In this document: positions 62,340 through 64,000 of the stretch, one piece after another
Position numbering within the stretch: the stretch's first letter is position 1
Layout: every line of letters starts with the position of its first letter
From: Fimbriimonadales bacterium
GTDB taxonomy: Bacteria; Armatimonadota; Fimbriimonadia; Fimbriimonadales; JABRVX01
Assembly: GCA_045862955.1 (NCBI GenBank)
Contig: BTVI01000009.1
Span: 1-64,000 of the forward strand
Reading direction: 5' to 3'
DNA length: 64,000 nucleotides
The notes under the pieces: model-generated
What the model was told of the DNA's origin: nothing
The model's database searches: none
Seen by the model: the letters and a program-made list of their open reading frames with translations, nothing else
Made by a program: the position numbers and the translations under genes

Positions 62340-63641
62340 ATGGCACGTGTCCTTATCCTAACCGTCGGCGGCAGCTCTCAGCCGATCGTTACCGCGATCC
62401 GAGAACTAAAGCCAGACCGCGTGTTGTTCATTTGCTCCGCAGAAAGCAAGAAGCAGGTGATGGGAGAGGGATCACCCTGCCAGCATCATAAAGGCGATGA
62501 TGTCCAATCTTGCCCTAACATCGTCGAGCAGGCTGGCCTGCGAGACCGCTTCGTTGCCGAGAGGGACGTTCTCGTGCTAGAGCACGTCGACTCGCTGGAG
62601 TACTGCTACGAGACCATCGCGACCACAATCCGCAACCTGATAAACGAGGAGCCATCCTCCGAAGTGCTTGCCGACTTCACGGGTGGCACGAAGACGATGT
62701 CGGTGGCACTCGCCATGGCAGGGTTCGACCTAGGAGTAACACTTTATATCGAAGCCGGCCCGCGCGCAGACCTCCATAGAGTTCGAGGTGGGGAGGCGCC
62801 GCTGCTGGTGGGAACTGCGGCGCTACGGGCAGAGCGCGTTCTGAATCAATGGGTTCCAGGCTTGCTCGAACAGTATAACTACGCGGGAGCGGTGGCACAG
62901 CTGGACCGGTTGCTGCGGTCCGCCTCTCTCAGCGCCGATCTGCAGTCCATCGTAAGTCGCCATAGGGAAGTATGCAAGGCTTTCGAGGCATGGGACTGTC
63001 TGGACTACGAAATTGCACTAGGCTTCTTAGAATTACACATGAAAGAACCGGTGCTGAAGGGGTTCGGCATCTTCCTGCGCAAGGTGATATCAGCGCGGCA
63101 AGCGATGTGCTCACCTGGTTCGATTCGTAGCACTGGCAAGTGCACAGGATATGAGATTGTCGAGGACCTCGTCCGAAACGCGGAGCGGCGCGCAGCAGCC
63201 TTGCGGTATGACGATGCGGTCGCGCGTCTGTACCGAGCTCTAGAGCTGACGGCGCAGGTGCGCCTTCGCACCGCCCACGACCTCGACACCAGCAACGTGA
63301 GTGTAGAGCGACTACCGTCGGCGCTTCGGCAGCGCTACGAGAACCGACGCTCCGGGACCGGGCGGGTTCAGGTAGGACTCGTGGACGCCTTCGACCTCTT
63401 AGAGGAACTGGAGGACGAGGCTTCGGCCGAGGCGTGGCGTGAGAGCCGAGAGAAGGTTATGGACGTGCTAAACGTGCGCAACAACAGCTTGATGGCGCAC
63501 GGGCTGAAGCCCATCTCGGAGGAGGAGTACAGGTGCGTCCGCGATAGCCTGATGGAACTGATCGAGCGCGTGATCGGACGTGCGACCAACCGTGACCCGG
63601 CGATCACCGCTCCGCAACTCCCGACGGAACTGGTCATCTGA
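62340..63641 (+). CDS. TIGR02710-like CRISPR-associated CARF-HEPN protein
   Basis: LILTVGGS.QPI, DFTGGTKTMS (CARF); RYDDAVARLYRALEL..Q; RNNSLMAHG (HEPN-like R...H). Confidence 0.88.
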   Translation: MARVLILTVGGSSQPIVTAIRELKPDRVLFICSAESKKQVMGEGSPCQHHKGDDVQSCPNIVEQAGLRDRFVAERDVLVLEHVDSLEYCYETIATTIRNLINEEPSSEVLADFTGGTKTMSVALAMAGFDLGVTLYIEAGPRADLHRVRGGEAPLLVGTAALRAERVLNQWVPGLLEQYNYAGAVAQLDRLLRSASLSADLQSIVSRHREVCKAFEAWDCLDYEIALGFLELHMKEPVLKGFGIFLRKVISARQAMCSPGSIRSTGKCTGYEIVEDLVRNAERRAAALRYDDAVARLYRALELTAQVRLRTAHDLDTSNVSVERLPSALRQRYENRRSGTGRVQVGLVDAFDLLEELEDEASAEAWRESREKVMDVLNVRNNSLMAHGLKPISEEEYRCVRDSLMELIERVIGRATNRDPAITAPQLPTELVI

Positions 63642-63739
63642 CAATTCGTGACGCCAGGTGCACGTAGACTCTCTCCGTCCTTCATGAAACAGGAAACGCT
63701 GATTCGTGCATCGAACTCGAGGCTAACAAGGTCTGGAAG

Positions 63740-64000
63740 ATGAAAACGTGCATCGTCACAGTGGGCACCTCGCTGCTCACGAACAGGAACAACCCTTGGG
63801 CAGACAGGAAGAAGGATGATCCACTTCCTAATACGGCCGACGCCTCGGCATGGCTGCGTGACCGTGCGGACACGGCCGCGGCATCCGCTGAGACCAACAC
63901 ACTGCGAATGTTAGGTCTCGAAGTAGGCGATGCCATCGCCTTCCTATACTCGGCCACTCCGGAAGGGCGCTGGTGCGCTGAGGTATTAGAGAAGCACTAT
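63740..64000 (+). CDS. APE2256/Sso1393-like CARF protein (putative ring nuclease), 5' part only
   Basis: Own translation: MKTCIVTVGTSLLTN...SAETNTL...FLYSATPEGRWCAEVL; runs off window; absent from ORF track. Confidence 0.8.
   Translation, partial: MKTCIVTVGTSLLTNRNNPWADRKKDDPLPNTADASAWLRDRADTAAASAETNTLRMLGLEVGDAIAFLYSATPEGRWCAEVLEKHY

Overview
GC-rich bacterial chromosome segment; the dockerin-like C-terminal modules and gene set suggest Armatimonadota (inference, unconfirmed). 1-41.5 kb holds metabolic and envelope genes: DUF1080, a sodium:solute symporter, DUF1638, a coupled aminotransferase-pckA pair, two beta-propeller surface proteins, a URO-D family protein, a beta-helix glycosidase, IscA/HesB, DUF2339, a Tat-exported DUF362/polyferredoxin operon, an amber-interrupted nuclease-like gene, DinB, tRNA-Glu(CUC), TolC plus an ABC ATPase, three large secreted proteins, GH89, rubrerythrin and TspO. 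Several palindromic REP-like families occupy the intergenic gaps. 41.9-64 kb is a composite type III CRISPR-Cas locus: complete cmr1-6 (III-B), cas6, a reduced III-A-like module (about 484-aa HD-less Cas10, csm2, csm3, csm4, no csm5), cas1, cas2, a leader and a 40-repeat array. Downstream lie a lower-GC ORFan block, an IS1380-family remnant, an orphan degenerate repeat fused to a long hairpin, a TIGR02710-like CARF-HEPN gene and the start of an APE2256/Sso1393-like CARF gene. The best novelty candidate is the pairing of two HD-less, GGDD-intact Cas10 proteins, one in a Csm5-less mini-module. All family calls come from motif recognition by eye; no searches were run.
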